From NCBI RefSeq assembly GCF_006345805.1, contig NC_043004.1, forward strand, positions 35,092,001-35,156,000: a DNA stretch of 64,000 bases. The letters run 5' to 3'. The notes beneath the pieces were generated by a model. It saw nothing but the letters and a program-made list of their open reading frames with translations, ran no database searches and had not been told where the DNA came from. The translations under genes were made by a program, and so were the position numbers. Origin of the DNA: Octopus sinensis (Eukaryota). This document shows positions 12,370 to 24,087 of the stretch, piece after piece. Position 1 is the stretch's first letter. Each line of letters starts with the position of its first letter.

Positions 12370-12692
12370 TGAACACTGATCGAAATAAGCTTTTTTTAAC
12401 TCTGTCTAAACTGACAATTTCCTTTTTACCATGCATACCCAAAGTCATAGTTTATTCTTCGAGTGAACTTTAAAAGGTCCAGTGTATTTATAATTCAGTG
12501 AATGATGACTGGCATCATTACGTATAAATACAGGAGTCCAAGAATTAATATAAGAAGGAAGGAAACTTTTAATATTTTGTAATTTAAAAGAAGGAACATC
12601 AGAAAGAAATCTCTTGAGCCATGTTACATAATTGTTAATTCCCTTCATTAAAAGAATTGGTTTCTTCAAACATTTCACCTGGTAGAATTGTG
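12370..12692 (-). pseudogene. Gypsy/Ginger-type integrase C-terminal (GPY/F) fragment, copy 2 (longer)
   Basis: Translates as WTPVFIRNDASHHSLNYKYTGPFKVHSKNK, then after a frameshift TLGMHGKKEIVSLDRVKK. This matches the gypsy pattern (G)KEDVVSIDRLKP. Confidence 0.72.
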
Positions 12693-13440
12693 ACGTAGGT
12701 TTAACATGTCTGAATAAACTTTTTCAGAAGAATTCATTTCTGAAGAGGAAGTGTGAATTTGCATAAGCGTCATTCCCAAAATTCTTTCGTCTGTGCATCG
12801 ATTAGCTTTCTCCGCCATGCTCCAAAATCTTCATGGATGTCAAAACGAAAGCTGACTTTATATAACAACAGGTAAGTAGAACATATGTTTCTCTACTTTC
12901 TCTTTATTCGTATAAGTCATTGAAATTATTGTGCGCGCTCGAACACAAACATTCTCCAGGCATTTGGCTGTTACTTTTGGGATATCGACATTTATAGTTT
13001 CAGTCAGTTTGGAGTTTTTCATAGAAAATTTAATATTTAAAAAAAAATTCCATATTCTTAATCTCCATATTTTTCCACGTACATTGAAAAACGATGTAAT
13101 TTTGTAAAAGTTTAGCGATTAATAATTCAACTTTTATTCTCTCTTCCTCTCTCCTTAACACAATATGTTCATTTTAAATCGCTTCTATAAACAACAAAAA
13201 TTAGTTTGGGCAGGAAATGTTTTTATTTTTTTTCGTAAAACACTGGTACAAAGCTCGACTGGTCTTGCATAAAAGTGTGTTTTATTGAGAATTAATCCAT
13301 TTTTTTGACAGCAAAGAGGTAAGTAGCAGTTTGTCTGAATTTTTACCTGTCTACACACATATACATACACGCTGTCATATATATATATATATATAAATTG
13401 AATTTAAACTTAATTGTATTTCGGGTTTGATTGTAGCCAT

Positions 13441-13620
13441 GAAACGTACGTAGGGTTTTTACTTATTATATATTTATCATTCATTTTATACTTTTTGAGA
13501 CCTAGTTATAAGTTGTATATTAAAAAAAATTATATATATATATATATATTATTTGTTATTTATGTATTGGTTTATGTCTTGAGTTGCATAATAGTGGTTT
13601 TATCTCTAATTCATATTTTA
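13441..13620 (+). mobile_element. Penelope-like tail with the 3' half of a hammerhead (GAAACGTACGTA)
   Basis: gaaacgtacgtag...tttatgtattgg...ttgcataatagtggttttatctctaatt is the same family as the minus-strand unit at 61585-61756. The CUGANGA half is absent. Confidence 0.6.
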
Positions 13621-13691
13621 TATATATATATATATATATTCGCCATGATAGATCGCTAGCCACTACACATTCTTTATTTTCTCTCCTTGTT

Positions 13692-13729
13692 TCTTTCTGT
13701 GGAAGAGCGTAGGCTCGAAACGTTAAAGA
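13692..13729 (+). ncRNA. Minimal type I hammerhead-like motif with non-canonical core, in a Penelope-like tail (13650-13815)
   Basis: tcttt CTGTGGA A GAGC gtag GCTC GAAA C GTT aaaga. Stem I is 5 bp and stem II is 4 bp, with GAAA and a GUU site. The core has U at position 6. Confidence 0.55.
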
Positions 13730-13820
13730 CTTCTTCACTTCCCGAGTGTTATACTAATATAACCGTTTGTTGTCTACACCACCTGTCTTCGTCTTTTTTT
13801 TTTTTTTGTGAATTCTCCCT

Positions 13821-13925
13821 CGATTCCCAAACCGGGCGTTGTGAGTGTTTATTGAGCAAAAGCACCTAAAGCTCCACGAGGCTCCGTCAGGGGGTGGTGG
13901 CGATCCCTATTGTACTCTTTCGCCA
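13821..13925 (+). mobile_element. Fragment of the tRNA-derived SINE family seen at 19178-19478
   Basis: cgattcccaaaccgggcgttgtgagtgtttattgagc...aaagctccacgaggctcc matches the reverse complement of 19335-19420. Confidence 0.7.
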
Positions 13926-14277
13926 CGACTAGCTAGCGCGCACCGGGACCACTCTTCTTAAGTAGTACCCATCATTAGTTTATGTATGTCTTCAGTGTTG
14001 GCTTGGGTTGGACCGTTTGGCAGGACCCAACAAACTCCAATTGTCAGCTTTGGCATGGTTTCTACAATTAGATGCCCTTCATAATGTCAATCACTTTACA
14101 TTGTATATTGTGTCCATTTTTTCATTCCACTGGCATTGTTGAAGTCACCTCTACAAAGTGAGAGAGGGTATATTTGAAAGTGGTGAGGTGATTCTATGCC
14201 AGATGTTACAGTAGAATAAAGGGTGTCTTGTAATAGGGGAGACACATGGCATTATATACATGTGAGATTAGCTGCAC

Positions 14278-14640
14278 ATCATCATCATTGTTTAACGTCC
14301 GTTTTCCATGCTAGCATGGGTTGGACGGTTCACTGGGGTCCACGAGTGTAGTGGGTGCTTTTTACGTGCTACCAGCACAGGTGCCAGGGAAGGCTGGTAA
14401 CGGCCATGATCAGTTGGTGCTTTTTACCGGCACAGAAGCCAGTCAAGGTGGTGCTGGCATCGACCACATACGGATGATGGTTTTTACGTGCCACTGGCAC
14501 AGGTGCCAGGGGAGGCTGGCAATGGTCACGATTGATTGGTGGTTTTTACGTGCCACCGACACGGAAGCCAGTCAAGGCGGAGCTGGCATCGGCTGCGTAC
14601 GGATGGTGCTTTTTACGTGCCAGGGTGGGCTGGCAACAGC
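14278..14640 (-). mobile_element. Family B retroposon with (TGA)n tail and internal ~60-bp tandem array
   Basis: The plus strand begins atcatcatcattgtttaacgtccgttttccatgctagcatggg. About 5 tandem units of ggtgctttttacgtgccac..ggcac follow. Confidence 0.85.
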
Positions 14641-16064
14641 ACGTTTATATAAAAGTACGCCATGTCTAGCATTAGTTGTTTAGGAGGTGACAAAGCTTGT
14701 ATGTGAAAATGTATCAAAGGATGAAGGGTTACAACAACTATCAGAGGGAGTGGAATTAGAGCCAAGAGCATGGAATTTGAACCTATAAAGATATGGCAAC
14801 AGTTTTAACAGAATGACAAACTGTAAAAGGTGATCATATATTATTAGTAAATTAACTATAAATTAGATGATGTTATTTGTTGTATTAGTGCTAAATTAGA
14901 TTGCTTCTCTACAATATGTTTATACAAAGAGAGATTAATGAAGCAACATCCAACCCATAGCCCCATCTCACCTCAACCCTAAAGGATCATTAAATTGATT
15001 GCAGAGCCTGTCAGATCACCTTTTTTTTTTAATTTTAAAAATGAATAGGAAACATCAACATGATTACTCAAGCTGCAGGGAAAAAAAGAACAGCAAAATC
15101 TCTTCAACTTAGAACCCTTCTATCTTTTATAAAAAAAAAAAGGAAGAACCCCAATTTTAACATTGTTTTAAATAAATAATGAAAGACAAGATGGTCAAGG
15201 CAAGAGTGGCCTTGATCCTAAGACTGCTCATTTAGGGTTGACCTAGGGTTAGAAAAGCAACAAAATTTCTGATATTATGTGACACTGAGTTTTAAATAGA
15301 GTGAAATTAGATATAGTCATATTGTTAATAACAAAGAAATATCTCATAAAACCCCATAAAAGTAATGGAAAAATATATTATAATCGTGAATATACATAAA
15401 TGTTTGTTTATGGAGTGTCAGCAGGTGTTATATTGATATAGTGATATTAAATAGCTAACTCTATCACTCCACTTTTCATTGATGACTGTTAAGATTAGGC
15501 TATAATTCTAAATGAAAAACACCACAGAAAACAATTTAGTTTCCACCCTGGACAGTTGGTGGAGTAGTGGGGGAGAGAGAGAGAGAGAAAGTGTGTGTGA
15601 GTGTATGTGTATATGTTTGAGAGAAAGATAAGGAAAAAGAGAAAGTGTGTGTGTTAGAGAGAGAGAAAATGTACATATGTTGGAGAGAGAATGTGTGTGT
15701 ACTTATGTGTTGGAAAGAGAGTAAAAGTAAATTGGTTAACCATAGAGAAGACACCTGGACATTACACAAAAAAGACACCCGCATAGTTTTTAACTGAACT
15801 TTTGGATTTTCGCAAGGTCCCTTTTAGAGCTAATCTGTCTTACACCATTTCTATCCATTTTATTGATCAAATATTACAACTGTTTAAGGTCCTAGATTCT
15901 TGTATCATTTACTATTGATCTATTTGTGGTAACGTTTTGTTTTTGGAACATTGGATGTGCTGACTGAGGTTGTTCCTTTTTTATATATATTTAGAAAGTA
16001 ACACATCAGAAAAATTAATGTATTAAGAGAAATTGTTAGGAACACAGCTGCTCTTGTAATAATG

Positions 16065-16270
16065 GTTTCAAATTTTGGCACAAGGCCAGCAATCTCAAGG
16101 AAAGGGGTTAAGTTGATTACAGTGATCCTGCTGATCAACTGGTTCCTATATTATTGACCCTAGAAGGATGAAAGGCAATGTCGACCTTGGTGGCATTTGA
16201 ACTCACAACATGCAAATGTCACTAAGCATTCTGCCTAGCGGGCTAAAGATTCGGCCAGTTCACCACCTTA
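16065..16270 (-). mobile_element. SINE family C variant
   Basis: tggcacaaggccagcaat...gaccctagaaggatgaaaggcaatgtcgacc...tttgaactc...ggccagttcaccacctt. Confidence 0.7.
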
Positions 16271-17682
16271 GTTGCTCTTCTAATTATGGCAGGTCTTTTG
16301 AAATGTCAAAGATCTGTAACTATGAAATATTAAGAATAGATGTTAGGTCTCATTATAGCTATTATTTTTGCCTAATTTCAGTAAGATAAGCACCCCTGAT
16401 ATTGTTTTATCACGTATCGATAAATAGCTTAGATCAGATGACCGTGGCTGAGGAGGCAATTTGTATCTTGTCGCTATTGCAAAATAGCTTTGGATAATCC
16501 AGTTCTCTCAAGCCGTATGAAGGTACCATAAGCTGATATAATGAACTACTCGAAGTAACAACATTAAAATTAATGATTCTTGCTGCCTTTGATTACTGTA
16601 ATCAGTTCAAAGCAAAGACACATGCAATAGGGTTGTAACTTATTGCGAGAGGGAGAAATTCATCTGTCTTATGCTTCATGCCACAGAAAATGGAAATGAA
16701 GTATTGGCTACGATCACTCTAAAGGTCCTTGAATGGATTAAGATTCTAAGATAAAATCCATCATATATGGTGATTTGAAATAAAAGAGTACAATATTCTT
16801 GTCTTTCTGAATGCTATCAGAAATGTAACATTGGTTACATTGCTGATAGTAATTGGTAATGAAATCTTAGTCACAAACCCAGAATATTAGTAGATCAATT
16901 ACATCTCCTGTGGTAGTTACCTGGAAACACAGAAAATGTTGATATTAATTGATGATAGAACAGGTTAATTTTTAATAACAACAATGTTTATGAGTTAACT
17001 CTGATGCCTTTCTAAATAGATACACATTCATTTTGCAAAGATCTTACTTTGGATGGTTATAGTAGTTGGTCTGTTGCTAAATCATTAACAATGAAATTTA
17101 ATTTTCATTATTGTTCCCCTCCAAATACATTTTTCAGACATATCAAAATCTGTTATTCCCCTTTGTATGGAAAACTGTTGTTATATTTAAGATGGCATTT
17201 CTGCTGGGCTTATTTCTTTCTTTGTTTGAGTTAAAAAGTGACTTTCTAACAATATTAATTCTATTTCACCAGCTGAAATACAACCTTTTCTCTCATCATC
17301 AGCACATTGCTTCTTCCTCTCTATCTCTAAAAATACTCCCATATTTTCCTGTTCTGCCAAATTTTCTTCCCTTAAGCTTACTAATCAAGTTACTCACCTC
17401 TCTTTTAATTCTCATCCTTGTTGTTCTCTCCTCCTCCTCCTGTAAGAAAAATTTCTGCTCCAGTTATTTATTTGCTCAGACATCTGTCTTGTGAAATAAT
17501 CTTCCTTCTAATTACTATAATCATTCTCTAAATCTTGTCTCAATTGTTTTTAGAACAGAGTTTCTCATTAAGATTTCATTCTTTTCCTTTCTCTTGTAAT
17601 TCTGAACAAGTAAATAGATGCTTGGGACCTGTTTCACTGCTGGTAGCTTGATACTTTCTGGGAGTAACTAACTTTTGATTAA

Positions 17683-17902
17683 CCCTTTCGTTACTGTATT
17701 TATTTTGAGAGGCTCTGTGTTTCTTTCAATTACTTTAAATATAACAAAGAAGTTAGTAAAGTAACTTATTTATCATTTAGCTACTGTTAGGAACATAAAT
17801 TGTGACTAAGGTTTGGTGGGAGATTTTAATTCAAAACTTATGAAAACAAGACATTTGTACTCAGATCCAGGGCCAGTTTCAGCCGGGTTGGTCACAAAAG
17901 GG
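17683..17902. mobile_element. piggyBac-type MITE (220 bp)
   Basis: TTAA at 17679-17682 and 17903-17906. TIRs are ccctttcgttac and gtcacaaaaggg. A second copy lies at 60070-60277. Confidence 0.88.
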
Positions 17903-18572
17903 TTAAGCAAACATGTTGGTAAAGCATTGGCAACCTTGTTTTCATCAAATGGTGCCTAAAATTTCGGACTTCAAAATTTCAGTGAGACAGTTTTTGCAAC
18001 AATTAAAATGCATTGAAAATCAATTAGAAATCCATTCATTGATTTCAATAGTAAATATTTATAAATAATTAATTGGCTTTTGGTGGTTTTTTCCTCTGAA
18101 GTCATCTTGGATTAGAGGAGAAAAATAAGAGTGAGAGAGCCCAAAATAGTGGAAGGTTTGGCAGTTTGGAAACTGCTATGAATATTGTTATTTCAATATG
18201 TTAATGACTATTGTTTTTAAATTAAACTCTTCTGGAAACATTTTGATAGAATTAAACCAGCAATGAAAAACTGAACAACAATCTACAAAATTATAGAATT
18301 ATAACATGGCAATATTTGTGATAATTGCAATTCTTTCGGACACAGTTCTAAGACTGAAAAAAAAAGATAAAAAATGAAATTGTAGAAGAGTTTACACAAT
18401 CAAGATTTCATCAGGTATTAATGAAAATTGAATAGCACTAATACAATCTGTTAATATGTAAAAACCTCGCAGGAAAGTGAAATAGAAAAAAAAAAATGCA
18501 GAAATGGCTTTGAGTCTAATGTAGTCTTCAGCAAATTATTGAGAAGGAAATAAATGTACAAAATTAATTATT

Positions 18573-18672
18573 NNNNNNNNNNNNNNNNNNNNNNNNNNNN
18601 NNNNNNNNNNNNNNNNNNNNNNNNNNNNNNNNNNNNNNNNNNNNNNNNNNNNNNNNNNNNNNNNNNNNNNNN
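18573..18672. other. Assembly gap (100 N)
   Basis: Run of N. Confidence 1.
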
Positions 18673-18748
18673 GATGCCACGCAGGGGACTGAACCCTGAA
18701 CCATGTGGTTGGTTAGCAAGCTACTTACCACACAGCCATTCCTGCGCC
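18673..18748 (-). mobile_element. SINE family A head truncated by the gap
   Basis: gatgccacgcaggggactgaacc...agctacttaccacacagccattcctgcgcc. Confidence 0.85.
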
Positions 18749-18858
18749 TATATGTGTATATATATATATATATCTAATGTAGGATAAAATTTTTTAGAAA
18801 AAAAATTTTATCAATGGCCTGCATATTAAAAAATACCTTTAAAGGTTAAATTATAAAA

Positions 18859-19147
18859 AACTTATAAATAAGGGCGAATGAAAAAATTTCTAATGCCAAA
18901 TATGCTGAAAAATTGGACATATTGTCCATTTACCATATAATTTTTTTCCCACTACGCATGCTACTTGAAAAAAGTCCGACAGAAATCTCTAAAACATACC
19001 AATAATGGAATTTTTTAGAGATTTCTGTCAGCCTTTGTTCGAGTAGCGTGTGTATTGGGAAAAAAATTATATGGTAAATGGACAATATGTCCAATTTTTC
19101 GGCATATTTGGCATTAGAAATTTTTTCATTTGCCCTTATTTATAAGT

Positions 19148-19148
<1 letters not shown>
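18859..19148. repeat. Foldback (long inverted repeat) MITE-like element
   Basis: Arms of about 135 bp (aacttataaataagggcgaatg...gacagaaatctctaaaa and its reverse complement) surround a ~16-nt loop at about 18995-19010. Confidence 0.85.
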
Positions 19149-19177
<29 letters not shown>

Positions 19178-19178
<1 letters not shown>

Positions 19179-19478
19179 TTTATGCGCCCTTTTCAAGCCT
19201 AGCCAGGCTTCATGAGCCCGGTTTCTGTGGTGTATGTGTTCCCCCCAGCTGGACGGGATGCCAGTCCATTGCAGCATTACTCAAGAAACAGGAAGAGAGT
19301 GAGAGAGAAAGTTGGGGGTCAAAGAGTATAACAGGTGTCGTCACCACCCCCTGCCGGAGCCTCCTGCAGCTTTAAATGATTTCGTTCAATAAACACACAC
19401 AACACCCGGTCTGGGAATTGAAACCGCGATTCTCCGACTGCGAGTCCGATGCCCTAACCACTGGGCCACTGTGCCTCC
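19178..19478 (-). mobile_element. Full-length tRNA-derived SINE with a Nin-domain-like central motif
   Basis: Head ggaggcacagtggcccagtggttagg...gtttcaattccc contains A and B boxes. The central motif is gcaatggactggcatcccgtccag...acagaaaccggg (19217-19272). (TA)n flanks both sides. Confidence 0.8.
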
Positions 19479-19886
19479 ATATATATATATATATATTATA
19501 TATATATATATATACATACATACATTTATGTATATGTGTGCATGTGAGAGTGCTTGTATGTTTCCTTGTGTAGACATTATGTTATGGTTGTAAACGAGCA
19601 TCACTGTTAAACAAGTGGGAGTGTTCATTTCAAGATTTCCATGTGAAACATGTCAGGTTATGGAGACATATTACCGTCTTTACAAAGAAGTAAGGGTTGG
19701 CAACCGAAATGGCATTTGAAAAATTCTATTTGAGCCAGGCAGGTAAGGAAGAGTGGATGTTAAATGAGTAACTATCTTGCAAACTGTATCACCATTATTA
19801 TCACTATTATTATTGTGCCACTCTCCACCACTCTCTTCTTCACCTATCTACCTTCCCCATCCATTATACCCAACATCCACCCTTCA

Positions 19887-20110
19887 GAGTAAAGATTGTT
19901 TGCCAACATAATACGGCAGTCCTGGTTTAGGATGAATGTTGCTGTAATTAGCCCCAGGAGGCATCATTTCCAGCTGGCTATATAGCATTATCTGTGTCCT
20001 TATATTTTCAAACAAGGGAATCTAGCATCCCTGCTCAGCTCAAAACAACATCTGTGTCTCACGATTTCCAGGTTATTTCACAGAATAATTGTTTGGCTGG
20101 AGGTGAATTC
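19887..20110 (+). mobile_element. Partial copy of the MITE found nested in the R4/Dong element
   Basis: gagtaaagattgtttgccaacataatacggcagtcctggtttaggatgaatg matches 42261 onward. Confidence 0.75.
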
Positions 20111-20239
20111 TTTTTGATTATTACAATCAGTACACAGATGGGACATTACAGGACAAAACAATTACAAAAATGTTCAGATGAGTTCGAATGGATGTTTAAA
20201 AATTTTAATATATATGATTAACTTGACTTTTAAAATATA

Positions 20240-22980
20240 CTTTTAAAAAAAAATAAAAGAAGCAAGTTCAAACTTCATACCCGGCAGCCTGTAAGGCCCA
20301 GAAACTAACTTTTTCCTTTCATCGATGATTAAGCTGGGTTACTGACACTCACCTTTCTCATCACATCCTTCCAACTTTTCTCATACTCTCTCAGTGGCAG
20401 GGTCCTCCTTTCCAACCCCATCTTGCTTTTCAGATGGTATCTGAAGTAGGTCAACAAACCCAGGCCAGAGACGAAGGACCCTGTCTCAAAACCTTCCATT
20501 CTAGTTCTCCATACACACTCTTTCAATACTGCCACCGTACAGTAAAACACAATCCTCACCTTCTTTTGAGAGTCCAGTTAGCGGTATCATCTTTATTATA
20601 GATCCAGCCAACAGCTGTACTTGTCACAGATGTGACAACACATGTTCTGCGTAACTTATTGAGCTTGACAGCTCCCGACATTGTACAAAAGCATGCTGAA
20701 TGGTTTCATCGTCCAGCCCACATCTTAGGATGTCATCATTTTTTATCTCTACCAGCCCTCTATAGAACACCAGTGTGGTATTCCCACTGCCGGCCTTGCC
20801 TGTCTTGTGGATCAGCCTTATGCCATAAAGTCAGATTCTGTCTTTTTATGAAACTGGGTTAGAGGCTGGTCGCGGGAACAATTCCTCTGCCAGTGGACTC
20901 CACACCTTATCACCCTCCAGGTGGCGCCTGAGATGTCTCAGCTTCAACGCATGTCTGCGCATCATTAGCCAAAGCATTCCCAACCCACCCTTTAACGGTT
21001 TCTGGCAGCAAATGGAGCATCTTACAAGTGGCTTTCCTCCCTTCCACAAAAAGCAGAAAAGAAGTTGTTCCAACTTGTTTAACCACGAATCGGGGCAAGG
21101 GTCAGCGGTCAGGCAGTAAGTGATTACAGATGCCATAAACACCTGTACCACCTCTGCCCTTCCGGACCACTCCCGTACTATGGCCTCTACTTTATTTGAC
21201 ATTGTGCTTCATTGGATGCGATGAAGGTGACGTCATCCGCATAAGCAGAAACAGACTTACCGCATCCAATTTCATTACGGTTGCCTCCCAACTTCAACTT
21301 CCGCAGCAATGGCTCAAGAGCCAACATGTACAGAAGCGGAGACAAGGGACACCCTTGACAAACTGAGCACTTGATCGAAAACGGCTCTGTCAGGTAACTG
21401 TTTATCTGGACTGTGAACTTGATGCCGCTGTACATACTGGAGATCCACCCACGAAAGCCAGGGCCCAGCTGCTTTGAGGACCACCTCCAGGTACTGATGA
21501 TGGTCTACCCTATCAAATACTTTACTTTGGTCTAAATGGACCATTTGCCAGATAATTTACCAACCCTGACTAAGGTGTAGTGGATAAGATGAAGATTGTC
21601 CTTAATCGACCTGCCTGAGATTGCACATGTCTGTGCCTTCCCTACAAGTTTCTCCACGACAGCTATCAACCTTTTCACTAACACCTTGGCCAAAATCTTT
21701 AACTCTACAAAAAGTAGAGTTATGGGCATGTAATTGCTAATACTATCCCCCTTGCTCAGGTCTTTTTGGACCAGTGTCACCACTCCCCGGCTCACAAAAC
21801 TGGGAATCCTTCTATTCTGTTGCTAGTATATCTCCAAACAAGTCCGGCATACAATGATAAAACTCATGGGGCAGACCGTCCAGCCCGGCGACTTTTCCCT
21901 GGTGCACTCAGCCAACACCTTTCTTACCTTCACAGCACTCCGCCTCACATGCCGAGAGTCACGGCCCACCAGCTAGGAAGTCCTTTAAGGCCTCCCCATG
22001 CTCAAGCAACTCCCCCTCCCCAAACAACTGGGTGAAATGCTGGTGAAAGACATTCTGCATCTCCTGTCCATAGATCTTGTGCCCCTGTTCATCCATTAAA
22101 GATTTTATAGAGGCCATTTTACCTCTCTGACTCTCCACACGACATGCCCATCCGGCAACATTAATACCTTCTCGTTTCCCTGCACATAGCTTAGCTCTAA
22201 CTCTGCAACCTTTGTGCTTGGAGTTGAGGTGATGGTACATGACTGTTCTCACCACCTGCACTCTAGATGCAGAGCCAGATTCCATCACCTCGTCTAAGTT
22301 CTTAACTCAATTGCCCTTTATTCTAGGCCTATCTAAACTTAGCTGCTTGCTAAATCTAATGGACACCAAACGGATGGCTCTTTTGAGGGCGAGCCACCAT
22401 CTATTATTAATGATGGTGCCACATAATGCCCTCTGTACTAACACCTTAATCCAGGTACGAAAGGCTTCACACGTCAAAATAGACTTGTTCATCTTCCAGT
22501 ACCCGGGTTCCTGTCTATGACATTTATCTACATGTACTTCACACATCACAAGTTTGTGATCCAGGTAAAGCACAATACAAAAGTCTGGATGACTAAAAGT
22601 ATTCTTATCTCTTTCCGTAACGAATACCCTAAGTACGATCTGCGTGAACCATCGTTATTACTTCACGTCCACTGTGGAACGCTCGGCTCATCCAGTCGGT
22701 AATGGTCTAATAGATTATAACTGTCTAGTAGACTCTTGAGGTTAGGATTCCCTTTCCTGTTGGTTGAGCCAACACTATCGACCCGCACATTGAGGATAGT
22801 GTTAAAATCCCCTATCAGAACTACCATTTTTGACGTCACTAGAAAGTGCTCCAGGTTTAAAAAAAAACCCAACTGCCCACGCTCACTAGGAGCGTAGACA
22901 GTTACCAACCTGAAGGACTGCTTACTCATGTGGGTCACATCCAGGACAACCAACCTACCTTTTTTCATCCTTACTCTCCA
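20240..22980 (-). mobile_element. Tx1/L1-clade LINE, 5'-truncated ORF2 pseudogene (APE endonuclease, RT, CCHC knuckle)
   Basis: EN: RLVTVYAPS...VLIGDFN, LDHKLV, GYWKMNKSIL. RT: KSPGLDGLPHEFY, NYMPITLL, LDQSKVFDRVDH, QGCPLSPLLY, YADD. Knuckle: RCGLDDETIQHAFVQC at about 20680-20730. RT domains 6-7 appear deleted near 21195. Confidence 0.9.
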
Positions 22981-23129
22981 AGATGTATTTCAAAACATGT
23001 GAAGAAGAGTCAACTTACGTATTGAAAATGGAGGACGACACTTTCAACCTCTCTTATAAAGTTTTTTAATGTCTTGTAAAGTCTGATATATTCTTTTGTA
23101 GTCTTATACCATCTTATAAATATTTATTT

Positions 23130-23460
23130 TGCAATTAACTACTTACTGTGAAGAGACTTTCTGAACACCTTATATTTTTCCAGCAGCTTCAAATTAGATA
23201 TAATTTTCTATCTGGTTTAAGTCAGGACTTTGACCTGGCCATGGGACATCTTTCAACCGAATTTTGGATAAAAAGTGAGGTATGCTTGTAGTCATTGTCC
23301 AGCAATGAAGGTCCAACAGTGTCCTAATCCTAGTTGCTTCCCTAAAGACTTCAGGTTTTCATAAAAATAAGCTGTTGGCAAAGGAAGTAGCATTACCACC
23401 AAAAGTTATCATTACGTCCCAATTGACATGGATGCTTCCTTTGAACACCTTTTCCATCAC
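23130..23460 (-). pseudogene. Tc1-like transposase remnant
   Basis: LDNDYKHTS followed, after a frameshift, by WPGQSPDLNQIEN (compare QDNDPKHTS and WPSQSPDLNPIEN). Confidence 0.65.
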
Positions 23461-23475
23461 GGGCCATTTATATAT

Positions 23476-23615
23476 CATCATTTAATGTCAGTTTCCTATG
23501 CTGGCATGGGTAGGATGGCTTGACAGGAACTGGTAAGGCCTGGCTCCACACCAGGTCCCATAGTCTGTCTATGGCTTGGTTTCTATGGCTGGATACCCTG
23601 ATGCCCTTCCTAATG
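23476..23615 (-). mobile_element. Family B retroposon, short copy
   Basis: atcatcatttaatgtcagtttcctatgctggcatggg...ggatacc...cccttcctaatgcca. Confidence 0.75.
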
Positions 23616-23673
23616 CCACATATATATATACATATATATATGTCATTTAGCATCTGCTTTCCATATATATATA

Positions 23674-24087
23674 TTCTTTTACTTGTTTTGGTCATTTGAC
23701 TGCAGCCATGCTGGAGCACTGCTTTTAGTTGAGCAAATCGACCCCAGGACTTATTCTTTGTAAGCCTAGTACTTATTCTATCAGTATCTTTTGCCGAACC
23801 ACTAAGTTACGTGGACATAAATGCACCAGCATTGGTTGTCAAGCGATGTTGGGGGGGGACAAAGACACACGCACATATATACATATACATGGGGGGACAA
23901 ACACACGCACACACACATATATATATACACGTACATATATACGACAGGCTTCTTTCAGTTTCCGTTTACCAAATCCACTCACAAGGCTATAGTAGAAGAC
24001 ACTTGACCAAGGTGCCATGCAGTGGGACTGAACCCAGAACCATGTGGCTGGTAAACAAGCTACTTACCACACAGCCACTCCTGCACC
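23674..24087 (-). mobile_element. SINE family A, full length
   Basis: Reverse complement of 47877-48290, flanked by (TA)n. Confidence 0.9.

Noticed and set aside
5853-13969. Polinton/Maverick interpretation of the inverted modules (AGTAGT-like motif near 13961)
   Set aside because: The AGTAGT motif points outward rather than inward, there is no TSD, and there are no polB, ATPase or capsid remnants.
14321-14683. ORFs of 70-150 aa containing LQLDALPNANH or VLFTCHWH (also at 44350, 46599, 49735, 54204)
   Set aside because: These are recurrent translations of the family B retroposon and its tandem array. They have no protein-domain character.
19400-19478. Functional tRNA genes at SINE heads (also 47877-47950, 56960-57031)
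   Set aside because: A and B boxes are present but the cloverleaf stems are incomplete and each runs into a repeat body. They are tRNA-derived heads, not tRNA genes.
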